Source of the DNA: Phaeosaccion multiseriatum
Lineage: Eukaryota > Protista > Ochrophyta, other classes
Assembly (NCBI GenBank): GCA_965112735.1
Contig: OZ218950.1
Location: forward strand, 3,038,001-3,102,000
Direction of reading: 5' to 3'
Length of the DNA: 64,000 nt
A program made the position numbers and the translations under genes. The notes beneath the pieces are model-generated. The model had not been told where the DNA came from. It worked only from the letters and a program-made list of their open reading frames with translations, and did not search any database. Shown in pieces: positions 1 to 13,811 of this stretch; within the stretch, counting starts at the first letter, position 1; every line of letters starts with the position of its first letter.

Positions 1-155
1 AGCTTTGGAAGCTGGGGCAGAGCAGCGATTGTGGAAGTGCCCAATTCTTTAAAAATGCAGCTGGGGGTAGTCGAGTAAAGGCCCGCTGATCTCCGGAGCG
101 TGCATAGCATTGCTGAGAAGAGCAGTTTCAAGATTTGTTAAGAAGAGCAACTGGA

Positions 156-845
156 ATGCGGTGGCGAGCTTTCGCGAGTGCGGGCTTGGTTCAGATTGGG
201 GCCCATGGCGCTCAAGCTTTTGTTTGTGGCTCTTCCCTCGCGTCATGTGTAGCTTCGTATTTATACGGTACGTCCCTTGCCCTTCCCTGCGTCTCCCCAG
301 TGGGCGTCCTCCTGAACCCCATTCTTCTTCTTCTTGCTCCGGGGAACACAGGTAACATCAGCAGCCGACGATGCCTATCAAGCGGGAGCGTCTCGCCTCC
401 CCGGCAGCACACACTAGCCTGGAAAACGCCAAACAAGGGAATGATTAAGTTCCAAGCGTATGATGGCGAGCTACTACGGACAGCGGCTTTGAGGGAAGGC
501 CTTGTTTCGCCACATAATGAAAAAGCCAACGTGATCAATTGTCGAGGCCTCGGAACCTGTGGGACCTGCTCCGTCGAAATCGAGGAGCCCATCGGAGACC
601 GCAATAAGGTGGAAGACTTTCGCCTTTCCGTTCCACCGGGGCACAACAAAGAGTCGTCCAAGGCCTTACGCTTGGCGTGTCAAATTGTGGTGCGAAAAGA
701 CTTGACCATCACCAAACGAGTTGGGTTTTGGGGACAGTACAAGGAGATGGCAGAGCCTTCCGAGCCAACCAAGCCTTTCGGACAGCTAGAATATGTTCTA
801 GATCGCACGTCGTCAAAGTCTTCGGGCGGTGGGAACGAAAACTGA
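156..845 (+). CDS. 2Fe-2S ferredoxin-like protein, probably plastid-targeted
   Basis: NCRGLGTCGTC (Cx5Cx2C) plus LRLACQ supply the four cluster Cys, followed by GFWGQ. The N-terminus MRWRAFASAGLVQIGAHGAQAF resembles a signal peptide ending in the heterokont A-F motif. Probable in-frame intron ~268-351 (GTACGT...CAG). Confidence 0.85.
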   Translation: MRWRAFASAGLVQIGAHGAQAFVCGSSLASCVASYLYGTSLALPCVSPVGVLLNPILLLLAPGNTGNISSRRCLSSGSVSPPRQHTLAWKTPNKGMIKFQAYDGELLRTAALREGLVSPHNEKANVINCRGLGTCGTCSVEIEEPIGDRNKVEDFRLSVPPGHNKESSKALRLACQIVVRKDLTITKRVGFWGQYKEMAEPSEPTKPFGQLEYVLDRTSSKSSGGGNEN

Positions 846-1735
846 TGCGTCGAAACAAAGAATCCGTGCGTTGATGCCCCCCCCCATGTATGTATGGAGG
901 AGGGAGGTGGGAAGAGGAGGCATCGACATCTCGGCAACAAACCTCATCGACCCATTCACCGTCCCACAGGAGGAGGATTCTTGGAGGTGAGAGATGTAGA
1001 CACGGCTGGGTTTCCCGCGGCCCTGCTGAGGTCACTCTGTTCGAACGTGTTCGAGGAGTATTCCCCGGTCGGCCCCAGGCATGCTTTCTCTGGCCTCCAG
1101 TAAGTCAGAAGCCAGGGGGGGGCTACGGTTGCGGCCAGAGACGAGACACTGCACCTAAAGCCCACATCAGGGCCTCGACTTTTTAGCCAGAGTAGGGTAT
1201 GCGAGAGAGGAGAGCCGGGAAAGAGGGTTGGGTAGGAGGGCATGCATCCTGGGGAGCTTCATAGCATACTCGCTTGAGATGGTCGATTGTCAACCTCAGT
1301 CAGACGGAAATAGAGTAGAATTAAGAGTCCAGGAGGGTATATGAACTAAGTTTCGAGCTTGGGTCTACGTCTCATGGGCTCTCTTCCAACTGTTGTACCC
1401 TACCCTGGCCAAAGCTCGACACCCCGTGCCCCAAAGAGGAAAAGGGTACGCTCATAATGTAAGTACGAAGATCCTTGCACCAACTTCTTCAGCCGCGGGG
1501 CCGGCCTGGCCTCCGGCTCCCGCACCATATCCTCTTATCCTCATGGGATGGAAGGATGGAATGAGAATAGAAAAGAAATAAGTCAATAAATAGCCCATCG
1601 GCCGTGCCCCCAGGGCCTGAAGCCCTAAATGAAAGAAAAGCGTTGAGCAGGGACGAAGAAGAAAGACTCATTTGTGGGGGGAGATTGCCCCTGTCGTCTC
1701 CGGCAGGGGCACCCAAGTCCAGCTACGAGACAAGA

Positions 1736-3342
1736 ATGTTCTCAAATCTTCGCAACAAGCGACAGGACCATAGACTGCCGCAAGAGGGGGAACCGCTACA
1801 GGAAAGTCCTCAGCAGGGGCCTGTGGAGCAGCCTCCTCCCAGCAGCCGCGAAACGGAGTCCAGAAACGGCGGCACCAGCAGCAGTGGGAGCGGACACTCC
1901 AGCCGCGCACCCTCTCTCCAAAAGTACTCTGCTGTCAGCGAGCGTCAGGCGAGGCTTGCGGCTGCTGCTTCCACTGGGATTGCGGTTGCTGCGTCATCAT
2001 CGTCACACTACTCGAGTTTCCATACTGCTTCCGCCACTCCCTCCCCATCCCGGTCTCCGCCCTTTTTTCGCAGTCACGGCGATGGTGAGGAGGTTTTGCC
2101 AGTAGGGAGTGGCCTCGTGGAGGAGGATATGAGCATGGGGGGTGTCCAGCAGGAGAATGGTGGTCTGAAAGCAGCTACGGATGAAGGGCACATGTCCATA
2201 GCGGCCTCGGCCACGCCTGATGGGCCACTTTGCCAACATCGGAGGTGAGTGAGTGTCCGACTGAGGGACTAATTCGAAGGAGGAGATGGCTCTTGCAAGG
2301 ATGACAGGGACTTTGACTTTCCCTTTGTGTCCGCCTCCTTGCCCTCCCTCGCCGTGCGTCTCAACCAACAACGTTGTCCGATTAGGAGTGGCGTCCTGAT
2401 GAGCGAGCATGTACACCCGCTGCGGACAGCAGCCTTCCAGTCTCTCTCAGACGCCTCGACAGCTGTATTGAGTCCTCCACTTTTAGGAGAACTACAACCA
2501 CCACCACCATCACCACCACCACGACCACCATCACCACCACCACCACCACCAGTAGCAGCAGCGGCAGCGGCAGCATCGGCAACATCGGCCGCAACACCAG
2601 CAGCAGGAACGGCAGGAGCAGGAGCAGCAGCAGGAACAGGAGGAGCAGCCTCACTTTCCCAGAGACATGAGCTCGCAAGGTTTGTTCCTCATCTGGCCAG
2701 AAGTAAAGTCCCTTCGACGGAAACGCAGGCAAGGAGCAGCTCCGGCGGTGACGGTGGCGCTGGTGACGAGCATCCCGAGCATCCCGCTGGGGGTGGGCAT
2801 GAGAAGGCGGGCTTCGGGCTCAAACTGCAAATGCCGTCCATCCATGCGATCCACTTCCCTATTCCCAAGCTACACTTTGGAGGGCGCTGCGTTCGCGACC
2901 CACACGAGAACGACCCTCACCATGGCGAGCCCGGCGAGGGAGGGATGGGAGTGGTTCCGGCGGCGGCGGTGGGTGGGCGAGGGCCAGGAGCATCGCACGG
3001 GTCGTGGAATGCGGCCGCGAACGCTGGGGGCGGGAGGAAAAGCGTGTCGGCGGTTTCATCATTAGGGTCTGTAGGGGGCATCAGCTCCACTAGTGGGGGC
3101 ACCCGCCTGTCCTACAAGTTCACTGACAGGGGATCTTTGGTCCTGAAGGTGAGCTGCAGCCCTCTGGTATTCACCCACAGCATCAACACCAAGCCAGCCA
3201 AGCCTGGCTGTGTGTACTCGAGCACGTTTCATCCTCTTATGCCCTCTTCCGGACTGGTCATCACACTCCACCGTTAGTTCTCTTTCGCATACTGACAGAA
3301 GAGCTTCTGTCTGACGTACCTCTGCCTACTTCCTCTGCTTCT

Positions 3343-3394
<52 letters not shown>

Positions 3395-3937
3395 AACACT
3401 CGTGTGATTCTTTGTCATGTTGTCTCTTCCCCCCTTGAGCAGAACAGCGGCTTGCGCATCGGTCAGCGCGGCCTTCGCGAAGGCGCAGCCTCCGCGCTCC
3501 CCAGCGCGGGCCCCAACGGAAGTATTGTTGGGTCTTCTTTGGGCGGTCTTTCTAGCGGGGGGACGGACGGGGCTGGAAGGCGGAACTCGTCCATATGTTC
3601 CTTGGGGGGCGGGCATCGACCCTCCCTCCGGAGATCGGAGTCCTCTCGTCTCAATATGATTCCAGACAATCTCGTGTACTTGTGTCAGTTGGGGGTAGGG
3701 GCCAGTGGAACTGTGTACAAGGCCATTCACGCAAGGTAAGAGAAATGGAAGGTCAAACAGAGCTTTGGAAGGGAGGGGGGGGCGGTGCTCAGTTTGTGTG
3801 TGTGTCGCAGGGAGGGAGGGGGTCAATTTGTGTAGGTGTGTGGGTGTTTAGCATGCCTTTATTGGCAATATTGTGATAAAGGCCCCCACGCCCTCCACCA
3901 TCAGCACGACTGATTGCGGTGAAAGGAGTGCTCAGCA

Positions 3938-3984
<47 letters not shown>

Positions 3985-5994
3985 CCTCTGTGTGTGTGAT
4001 TGATTGGGCGATGACCTTGCGTAGGACGCTCAAGCTTTTCGCTGTCAAGGAAGTGCCAATTAACGACAAGGGCAGGAGACATCAAATCGGAGCAGAGCTG
4101 CGGATGCTTTTGCAGAACCAGAAAGATCACAGGCGACGGGTCTCACACTTTGCGGATACGATTCTTGTCGAGGAGGCAGAAGAGGACGACGAAGAGAGGG
4201 AAGGAGGGGGCGATGATGGGGAAACGGCGGCAGGAGGAGCAAGAGGTGAGGGACAGGTGCACCAGAGGTATGCCCAGTACCCTATTGTGAAAGCGTTGGA
4301 GGCATTTAAGGCTCTCGAAGATGACGACAAGGAGGACGAAGACGGAGATGATGAGTATGCTGAGATCAATGAAGAGGACGAGCAAGACGCTCAGAGAGTG
4401 GTTGCCTTTTACGACGCTTTCACCATGAAGGACGAGAGCTCAGTCGCAATTGTGATGGAGTACTGCGGGGGGGGCTCCCTTAAGGACCTTATGCACGCTG
4501 TTGGGGCACTCGATGATCTCACCTTGGCGAGCATCGCGCTGGACACTCTGCACGGTTTGCGCTTCATCCATCGCCAGCGCAAGCTGCACAGGGACGTCAA
4601 GCCTGCCAATATGCTTCTAGATGACTCCGGGGGGGTCAAGCTGGCGGACTTTGGGCTGGTTCGGGAACTCTCGCGAGAGGCTCAGGGGAAGACTGATGAC
4701 ACGGATTGCGGTGAAGGGGTAGGCGCCGCAGGAGAAGAAGATCTGGCCGAGGAGGAGGATGAGGATGCTATGGATGGGTCCAGACAAGAAGCATTGCTAA
4801 GAGCAGCAGCAGCAGCTGGAGAGGAGGAGGGGGGGGGAGGCTCCTTTAGGAAGAAGAAGGGAAGAGAAAGTCACAAAGCGCACACTTTCGTGGGCACGGC
4901 TGTGTACATGTCTCCGGAGCGGCTGCAAGGGCTGCCCTACAGCTACCCCAGGTTAGTTGGCGACGGTAGAGGGTCAGGAAATCACCGCCGAGAGGAGGGG
5001 AGGCATGTTTGGTTTCCAACGTCGAGGGGCCCGCCCTGTTCCTTTTTTATTCACGAAAGGCGGGTGAGACAGGATCCATAGCTTCGCCTACGCCGAGACT
5101 CTCGCTGTCCCCCCGCCGCACAACGTGCAGTGGTGAAGTGGGCGGTAGTGGGCGGCTCAGCTAGACTCGTGTGCATTGTGACCTTCTTCAGCCCGCCCGG
5201 TCTTCACCGCATCCCCTCTTCTTGTTTGCTGTGCCCACTCCTCTTCCGCTCCCTCCTTCCGTGCTGTGGCTGCTGCTCCTCAATGCTCTGGCGCCTCATT
5301 TTTTTGCCCCACCCCACCCCACCCCACTCCACAATGATGATCCTCAGTGACATTTGGGGCGTGGGGCTGTCTCTTCTGTCCCTTGCCCTGGGTCGCTTCC
5401 CCCTCATGGTGCCCAAGAAGAACTTGTACTGGCATTTGGTGCAGCTCCTCTGCGCCGAGCACGTATCAGGAGCCGCCAAAAGACAGGTGCGTTGGCGTGT
5501 GTGCGTGTGTGTGTGCGCGCGCGTGTGAGTGCTGCGTTTCTTTGAAATAGGGGTGGAAGCGAGGACACTTGCATGCAGCCCCGGCCCGGTGTATGGGGCT
5601 TTGCGGGTTTGCTGGGCTCTGTCGCTCGTCGCGCACTCTTAGGCATTTGTAGTTCTATTGTGTGTGCTTTGAGATGTATATGTTGTTTGTGAGAGAGAGA
5701 GAGAGATTGGGAAAGAGAGAGAGAAAGAACACGCTAACCTTAGACCCCACCCTGTATTCCTTTATCCGTTTTTTGTTTGCCCTTGATCGTTGGGACCCAC
5801 CCACGTTCTTGACTTCAGTTCGATCGCCAAGAGGGGAAAGTGCCTTGTGCTGAAGCCAGCACGGACACGAGCAACACTCCGCGAGAGCCTGTGGACGTGT
5901 TTCTCACCGAGCACAACCGCGAAAGCTTGTCCCCTCTCTTCATAGATCTCGTTCGAAAGGTAAATGCATACACCTTATATATTCGATTTCAATC

Positions 5995-6025
<31 letters not shown>

Positions 6026-7111
6026 TGCCAAACAATTCCTGTCTCTCTTACTACGCCCCCCCTCTCCTCTCTCCTCTAGTGCCTGCACAAGGATCCTGAT
6101 CAAAGACCGACCGTGGACGATCTCCTCGGCCACCCCTTTGTGGCGGGTGCAGCGGCTTCGTCTGGGGCTTGCAGCGGGGTAGACCTTGAGGATATGGGCA
6201 AACTTGCGGCCTCGAGACGATGGAGTCACTCCACCTCAGATGGCGCCAGTGGTTGGACCGCAGACAGCTTAGACGGCCGTCTTCCAGGCTCCATCTCTCC
6301 TAGAGAGATGCTTCGCAGGCAAAGCAACATGAGCTCGCTGGAAGAAGGGGGAGGTGGGAAGGCAGCAGAAGGATGGATAAAAGACAGCTTGGCGTCGTCT
6401 AAGGAAGGAAGAGACAGCATGGGGTCAGTATCGTCCGTGACATCATTGGGGTCGGCAGTATCGTCATCCTCATCATCAGGAGAAGGGGGTGAACCACAGC
6501 GACGTCAGTCCATACACAAAAGCAACAGCGGCACCTGGTCGACCGTTGGTGGAGAGAGGCGCCTTAGCGGAGGGAGAGGATCTGGGGGGGGCAGCGGTTT
6601 CAACAGAAGGAGCATGGGGGGAAGCGATGCGCTGTCTTCAGGGCGGAGGGCGTCCATGGTGGATCGATTGCAGGAGGTGCATCACATCGCCTTGCTCGTC
6701 TGCGGCTTCCATCACCGCCTGCGACGAAGCCTCCTGTCGCGGTTTTCTATACAAGAGCACTCGGGTCGCTCGCTCAGCTCGAATCACGACAACTCCAATC
6801 GCTCGCTCGGCACCAGTCATGTACGCGGGACTCTGTCTTCGGGCGAGAATCAGCACAGTGCGAGAACCCTCACGAGTAACGGCGGAACAATGGGGACGGA
6901 GGACGATGGCGACGAGGGCGGTGAGGTGGACGCCCCGTTGGAGGAGATACCTCTCTCGTTCGAGGCTTTTACGATGCTTGGAATGCAACTCAACTTGCAC
7001 CCACAAGTAGTCAGCCGGACCTTCCAGCGGGCGTGGGAGAGGACGCTCAAGGGCGAGTTGTCGCTCAGCGAGCAGCAGCAGCAACAACAGCAGCAGCCGG
7101 ACATGGGATGA
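1736..7111 (+). CDS. MAP kinase kinase (STE7/MKK)-like Ser/Thr protein kinase, multi-exon
   Basis: Motifs across exons: LGVGASGTVYKA, FAVKEV, IVMEYCGGGSL, HRDVKPANMLL, KLADFG, AHTFVGTAVYMSPERL (STE7 signature), SDIWGVGLSL, LLGHPFV. Long low-complexity N- and C-termini. Start codon is approximate. Confidence 0.88.
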
Positions 7112-7212
7112 ATTCATGATTCACCAATAGAGGGTATTGAAGAATAGAAGAATGAAGAAAAAAAAATTAAGAAAGAGAAGAGTAAAGAGAGATGAGGGAG
7201 AATTCATTGAAG

Positions 7213-7247
<35 letters not shown>

Positions 7248-7253
7248 CTGCTG

Positions 7254-8304
7254 CTATCGAAAGATGGAAGGGTCGACGGCTTCAAAGCGCAAACGCGCCC
7301 TCACGTCGTCGAGCTTGTCTGCCCACATGCGCTCGTAATACACGTGCATCAGCGGGGTGCAGCGCCTTCCCGCGTGCAGCGCCCAGGGAATGAGCTGTCG
7401 CAGTCGGCTCTCCTTCTTCCCACGTCCCTTCTTGTTACTGCTGCTGCTGCTGTTGCGGACTGAGAGTGGTCCCACTACAGCGCTGAGGGCAGCGACAGGC
7501 AGGCCCGTCTGGACCATCTCCAGCCACTTGAGAGCAACCTCTCCCTCCACCGTGGGGGGCATGCCCGACAACACGTGCCACAGGTCGTGCACCTGAGAGG
7601 GGTGGTGAGGGGAGGCAATTTCGATGGTTTAGTTTTGGAGTGTGGTGGACTGGGGCGCGGGCGTGGGTGCGTGTGTGTTGTGTGCGTGGGGGGGGCGGGG
7701 AGGAGAGAGGAGGCAGGTTCGGCAGATGTTGCGGCATGTGTTCTGTGAAGCCCACACGAATGCACCGCACCTGTCTGTATCTCGTCATGACGTAAGCAAG
7801 CTCCTCGTCGTCTACAAAGCGCACTGGAGAGCGGCTGTCCGGGCTGAAGCCGTGCGTGCCCATGAAGCGAGCATAGGCCCCACCCAAAGTGTCGGCGTCC
7901 AAGCTGCGCAAATACTCCATGTTGACAGTCCTCTCGTTGATCAGAGGACGAGCGGCCAGAATCTCTCGGCCGCCGGGGCTTAAAAGCATCGAGCGGTGCA
8001 GCCTTTCCAACGCAACTTCCCCCGTCACCTCGCCCAGTACCGCAACCATGTCGGCCTTCTCGGGATTGGCCGCTGCCGAGAAAGCAGAGTAGCCTGTCAG
8101 GACCAGTCTCTGCCAAGAAGAGGTTGGGTAATGGCCTTCGTATTGCACATGCTGACAAGGAGATCCTGCGGCGGAAGGGGGACGGTTGGATCCCGCAACA
8201 GCTGCAGAGGTGGGGGGCAAGAAAGAAGAGCGGAGGGAGGAGGGAGAGACCGACTTCGGAAGAGGGAGGGCACGCTTTAAGCCTTGAAAGACCCTCGTCG
8301 CCAT
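7254..8304 (-). CDS. COQ4: Ubiquinone biosynthesis protein COQ4, mitochondrial
   Basis: ADMVAVLGEVTG, GREILAARPLI, RFVDDEELAYVMTRYRQ|VHDLWHVLSGMPPTVEGEVALKWLEMVQTGLP (HDxxH-x11-E metal motif). One intron 7593-7770. Basic, Ser-rich presequence. Confidence 0.95.
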
Positions 8305-8452
8305 TTTTACTGCCTTTTAAATTAGAGGGTGATGAGGACGACGAGCGAGTCTCCGATGATATCGATCCTCCGCATCCAAGAACTCACAAATGGCACTGGC
8401 CCTCTCCATCTTGAAAGGGGATCAAAGGGATCTAGAAGCACATATCCCAAAC

Positions 8453-10981
8453 ATGATGGGCAGTCCGCGGAAGCAGCGACAGCAGCTGCCTCCGGTGGCG
8501 CTAGTGCTGCTGCTCGTTGTGAGCGCACTCACAATCCCAGCAATTAATGGGTTCAGCACCAGCGCAGGTGTGAGGAGCAGCACAGGCAGCCGTGCCAAGA
8601 GGGACCTCGGCTCGGTTAATGTTGGGTCTTTCGCTCCCTTGAAGACGTCACTGCAACATCGGGTGAAGGCACAAACTAGTGTAGGCTTGGCAGCGGCGTG
8701 GAGTCGGGACTCCGGCATTGCCAGCAATGAGGTGGGTCTCCCTCCCTCCCTCCTTTCTTTGACTGAAATCCTCCTGTCCTCCGCTCTATACTCTTTGGCT
8801 GCAGAGCTACTACGATAACTCTAGTTTGTAATGCCAAGTGATCGAGCCGCCACATCAAATCCCCCCCGTCTTTCTTGGACCTCCGATCAGAAATCGACCA
8901 AGTTGGATGCTTCCACGCGCCTAGCCGAACAGCCTGACAACTTGGCTGAGTGGCTGGTGGAGCATGGAGGAGTAGTAGGACCAGGTGAGTGGTGAGGCGT
9001 GGGCTCAGATCGTGGTCAATGACGTCCGATCCGAGACTACTCTCTCTCTCAAGTACCGTCTTATCCTCTTGCCGTCTTCTACTGTGACTGACTCCGCGTC
9101 GCTCCTTCTCTCCTCTTCTCTCTTCCTCCTCCCCCTCCTGCTGCTACCGATACTGCGCTATCAACTCCCTCCCTGGTCCCCTGCACCCCTATCCAGTGAG
9201 CATCGACGATGACCCAGAGGGCCTCAAGGGGTGGGGCCTCAAAGCATCCAGGGACGTGGAAGAAGGCGAAGTGTTGGTGACGGTGCCGCGGAGGCTGTGT
9301 CTAAGCACAGATCGGTTGGGAGAAATGGGCTTGTATGGTGTGCAGGGGTCACTCCGAAGTAAGTAGATGTACCGAAGACGAAGGGCATGTCTCCTTCCTC
9401 TTTTCTTGGCGCCTTCTCCTGTCTCTCTTCCTCTCTTTTTGTCCCCCCCTCCCACCCCCCACCCCCTATCTTTATATCTCCCCGCGTGTGTGTGATTGTG
9501 TGCCTTGATCGTTTACGCCTTCTCTCCTTTCTGCACGTGCAAACCCTCGTCTCTCCACAGAGCTGTGTGACGCTGTACCTATCTGCTACCCTGCCGCTGC
9601 GCTGGGCTTGGTGTTGATAAGTGAGCGTACTCGAAAGAACTCCACATGGAAGCCGTACTGGGAGAACCTTCCCAGAAGCTTCTCTGGAGTTCCTCTGTTC
9701 TACCACAACTCTGACGTCATTGCCATGATTACAGACCACATGAAGAAGGATGTGGCAGACAAGTAGGTGGAGGGGAGGGAGGAAGGGAGGGAGGGAGGGC
9801 GAGCGGGGGGGTCGGGGCTAGTGGGAGGTTGGAAGTGGAGGCTTTGGACCATATGCTTCCTCTAGGTGCCTCATCTTCCTCCGTTTTCCGCGGCATCTCT
9901 CTCTCTCTCTCTGACCTTCTGCCCTGCGCTACCCCCCCCCATGCGCACAGGGCAAAGTTCTTGATGGAGTTCACCAAAGAGCACCTGATGGGCCTGCCGG
10001 GCAGTAAGGACGACGTATTCAGCAGCATGCGCATGGACGCCAACTCCTTCGGTTGGGGCATGACGGCAGCCTCCAGCAGGGCCATCTGGCTCGAGGCCGC
10101 CCCTGTCGAGATACCCCCGCCGCCCTCGGTGGTGGAGGATATCAAGAAGCTCACGACAGAGGCCAAGGCAGCGGGGGTGGAGATTAGTCGGAGGGAGCTG
10201 GCGTATCTCACCTACATGGCCGAGAGAGAAGCAGACAAGGAGGCGTGTGAGGTGTATCGCGCGGAGGCGAGGCTGCATGGCCGGACCAAGGCGGTGGTGC
10301 AGCGTTATCAGAGCGGCATTCGTAGCGATGGGTTGGACATGGATGTCATGACTAAGGCTGTTGTTGACCCCGCCAGGGAGGGAGAGGCGCTTGCATCGAG
10401 AAAGTCGCTGGAGATGGTGCCGTTCATTGACATGGCGAATCACAAGTGAGGGAGGGCACGGGTGACTGCTGCGACTTTTTCTTAGAATGGAGAGAGAAAG
10501 AGGAGAGAGGTGGTGGAAAAGGGTTTTGCTTGTTTATCTCCTCTGTTGACCCTTCTCTACCACATCCCCTTCACCTCATTTCATTCGGCACCTTCTTCTC
10601 TCTGTCCCTCTCTCTCTTCACGTGTCTCGTTCTCCCTCCGGCCTCACTAACATACTTACTATATACTAGTCCGGAGCCAAATGCCAAAGTGGAGAGCATC
10701 CCCGACGCCGAGAAGGGACCTGCCTCCGGAGTGGTGAGGCTTGTGGCGACCAAAGCCGTCAAGGCCGGCGAGTGGGTGGAGATCTGCTACGGGCCCTTCA
10801 GCAACGATGTCTTGCTGCAGAACTACGGCTTCACTCTGGTGAGGAAGAACAACGGTGCTGTGGCTGTCCATTCGTGTTCGAGAGGAAGAACGGTGTGCAT
10901 GTTGCTGGGGGGAGTTGTCGTCGCTTTCCCCGCTGACCATGCTCTCTTGCTCTCTTGCTCTCTTGCTCTCTTGCTCTCTTG

Positions 10982-11052
<71 letters not shown>

Positions 11053-12980
11053 GCCCCCCCGCTCTTTCGTCTCTCTTGTTGTTGGATCTCTGGCAATAGT
11101 CGCCCAATCCTTTCGAAGCCGTGGTCGTGGACTTCCAGCCCGCCATTCTCAAGGCGGCCAGAGCGACGGCCAAAATCGCCGATGAGCCGTTTGGTGCGTA
11201 TAACAGAGCGTTTGAAGGAGAGGAGGAAAGAGGGGTGAAATGAAGTTAGACACAGTGAAGTACAGAGAGAGTGCATGCCAACAGAATCAGCGATGGATGG
11301 GGCGGCAGTACGGCGGCAGTACAGGAGAGGACTGGCACTGTGCTTGTCGGTACCGAGACACAGACACAAGACAGCAGTGCATGTGTTGTGTGGTTCTCCC
11401 CCAAGAAGCTCTCTGTGGTGGACCTCAGTGTGTGGCTGTGGCCTTATCTTATCTTACCTTATCTTATCTTATCTCCCTCTCTTTTCACTTCCGTTTGTGA
11501 CCTTCTCTCGCTCTTGTGTCCGTGTGAATGACTTTCAGGAGGCGTCGGGGGAGACGAATACATTGACCACTGGCAGTCCAAAATGTTCCGGAAAATAGGA
11601 CTCGCGGGTGAAAACGCGGATGTGGTGAGTGCGCGTAAGGCGTGCGTGTGTGCGTGCGTGTGTGCGCATGTGTGCGCATGTGTGTGACAGTCAACATATT
11701 TCCTGTCCTCTCTCTTCTCTCTCTCCATCACTCTCTCATGGTGTGCCCTCCCTCCCTTCCTCGCGGTCCATATATATGCTGCTGCCTGCCTCCCTCCCTC
11801 CCCTCCCTCAACCGTTTTCAACAAATAACCAAAAAAAGGGCATCCGCTTTGGGCCTCAGCCAGGCAACCCCGACCAAATGGTGGACGGCAAGCTTCTGGC
11901 CGGGCTTCGAGTGCTCTTCGCGAGAGGTCCCGAGGAGCTCAAGGGACACACAGCCGCGTCTCTGCAGCGAGTGGACGGCAAGATTAGCAACTACAATGAG
12001 AGAAGGGTGCTGCAGACCACCATCGGCCTCTGCGCTCTTCTGCATCGGAAGCTGAGGTGCGAAGTTCGTTGCTTACCTAAGTGTATTAGTTACCTAAGTG
12101 TACGTGGGTGTACAGGGGGAGACGTCATAGGGGGGGGGGGGGTGGAGATGGATGGAGCCGCCCCTCCCTTCTTTCTGTGTGTCTTTCTTGTCTGTCTGTC
12201 TGTCTGTCAGTCTGTCTGTCTGTCTTTCTTGCTTGTCTGTCTGTCTGTGTCCGTGTTTCTGTCAGTCAGTCTGTCTTGTCTGTTCACTCGGTCACTCACT
12301 CACTCAATGAATGATTGGTGCATGAGGCGACCAACCATCGGAGGTCTTGTGCCTAGACAATTGCACTCCCCCCTCCACAAGTCCGTAACCCCCGTAACGC
12401 CATATTGTTTGTTTCTCTCTTGTCTCTCCACCCCCGCCTCAGTGCCTCCGGGTCAGTGGAAGCCGACGAGGAGTACCTGTTTGGGAAGAAAGAGGCCAAG
12501 CGAAGGGCGGCGCAAGGGGGTGGTGCTGAAGGGGCCGCTGCGGGCGGGGCAGTTGCTGAATTACCCGGCGCAGAGAATCAGGGCATCGAGATTCCTGCCG
12601 CCGTTGCAGAGAGGCTAAAGGAGGGCATCAGCGTTGGCGCCAGCAGCAGCAGCAGCGGCGGTGACAGCACTAGCGACGGCAGCAATAGCGATGGCAGCAG
12701 TAGTGAGAAGGATAAGAGTGGTGTCATGAGCTTCTTCAAAGACCCCTTTAAGCAGAAGGCAGGGGCAGATGGGTCCCCCTCATCAGGTAGGCACACGCAC
12801 GCGCATGCACACGAACGGATGTTGAAAAACGAGCCCTCCCATCACCCCCCCTCTTCCCCTCCCCGCCCCCTTCCTCCCCTCCCCTCCCCTCCCCTTCGCC
12901 CGTCTCCGTTGCCTCATATCTATCCTCTCTTTTTGTCGCCGCCCCTTCCGTCCATGTATCTCTGCGTGGAGTACAGGTGG

Positions 12981-13034
<54 letters not shown>

Positions 13035-13645
13035 CGCTTCGAGTGCTGAGCGTGTGCTGGAAGCCGTCATTGTAAAGGAAGAGGGTGGAAGTGACATCAC
13101 CCCTACTGCCAAGGCTGAGGAGAGCAACGACCAAGACAAGGGCAGCAGCAAAGACGGAGGAGACGCGAAGGACGAGGACGAGCCGCTGCAGGCCGGGGGC
13201 TACCGCGCAGCCCTGACGTGGGACCGAATCCAAGCCGTGAACTACCGCTTGGGACAGAAGCGGCTACTCAAGCAAGCCCTCCGGAGCTTCCACGACCTCA
13301 TCACCCCACTGGGCGTGGTCAGGGGATCAGAGTAAGTTGGTGTGGATGTATTGGGTGTGGGGGGAGGGATGGGGGGAGGAGCACATACACACCACCGTGG
13401 GCGGCGGTACGGTGCTCGTGATACATAGAGTATAGACGGGTATCTCGCATGGAGTGAGTGAGGCCGTTCCTTCCTTTCTTCCTGCCTCCTCCTCCTCCTC
13501 CTCCTCCTGTGCTGCTGCTTACTGCCTGCCCTTGCCCCCCCCCCCCCCCCAAAGCGACACTGCGGAGATTGAGAGCAAGCAGAAGGTGCTTGACCACCTC
13601 GAGGAAATCAGGGCTCGCGTCAACAAGATGAAGAAGCCCAAATAA
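8453..13645 (+). CDS. SET-domain protein lysine methyltransferase, Rubisco-LSMT-like, probably plastid-targeted
   Basis: Signal peptide then ING-F. Motifs LAEWLVEHGG, GWGLKASRDVEEGEVLVTVPRRLCL, WKPYWENLP, MVPFIDMANH, ICYGPFSNDVLLQNYGF, and C-terminal AVNYRLGQKRLL. A donor at 13332 (GA|GTAAGT) joins in phase to the last exon ~13555-13645 (DTAEIESKQKVLDHLEEIRARVNKMKKPK*). Confidence 0.88.
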
Positions 13646-13811
13646 AATAACTCACAAGGAAAGGAGCAGTAAGTATAGAAACGCTGTTGGGTGGCGCCTC
13701 TGGAATGGGCTACTCCAGCATGCGGTAGGCGATAGCCCGGCGCGACGAAAAGAGGCGGAACAGGATGTCGTGTCGTGTCTTAGTTCCTGTGTATCAATAA
13801 TGTAATAGACG

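Noticed and set aside
13454-13645. Independent small ORF
   Set aside because: Better explained as the in-phase last exon of the SET-domain gene.
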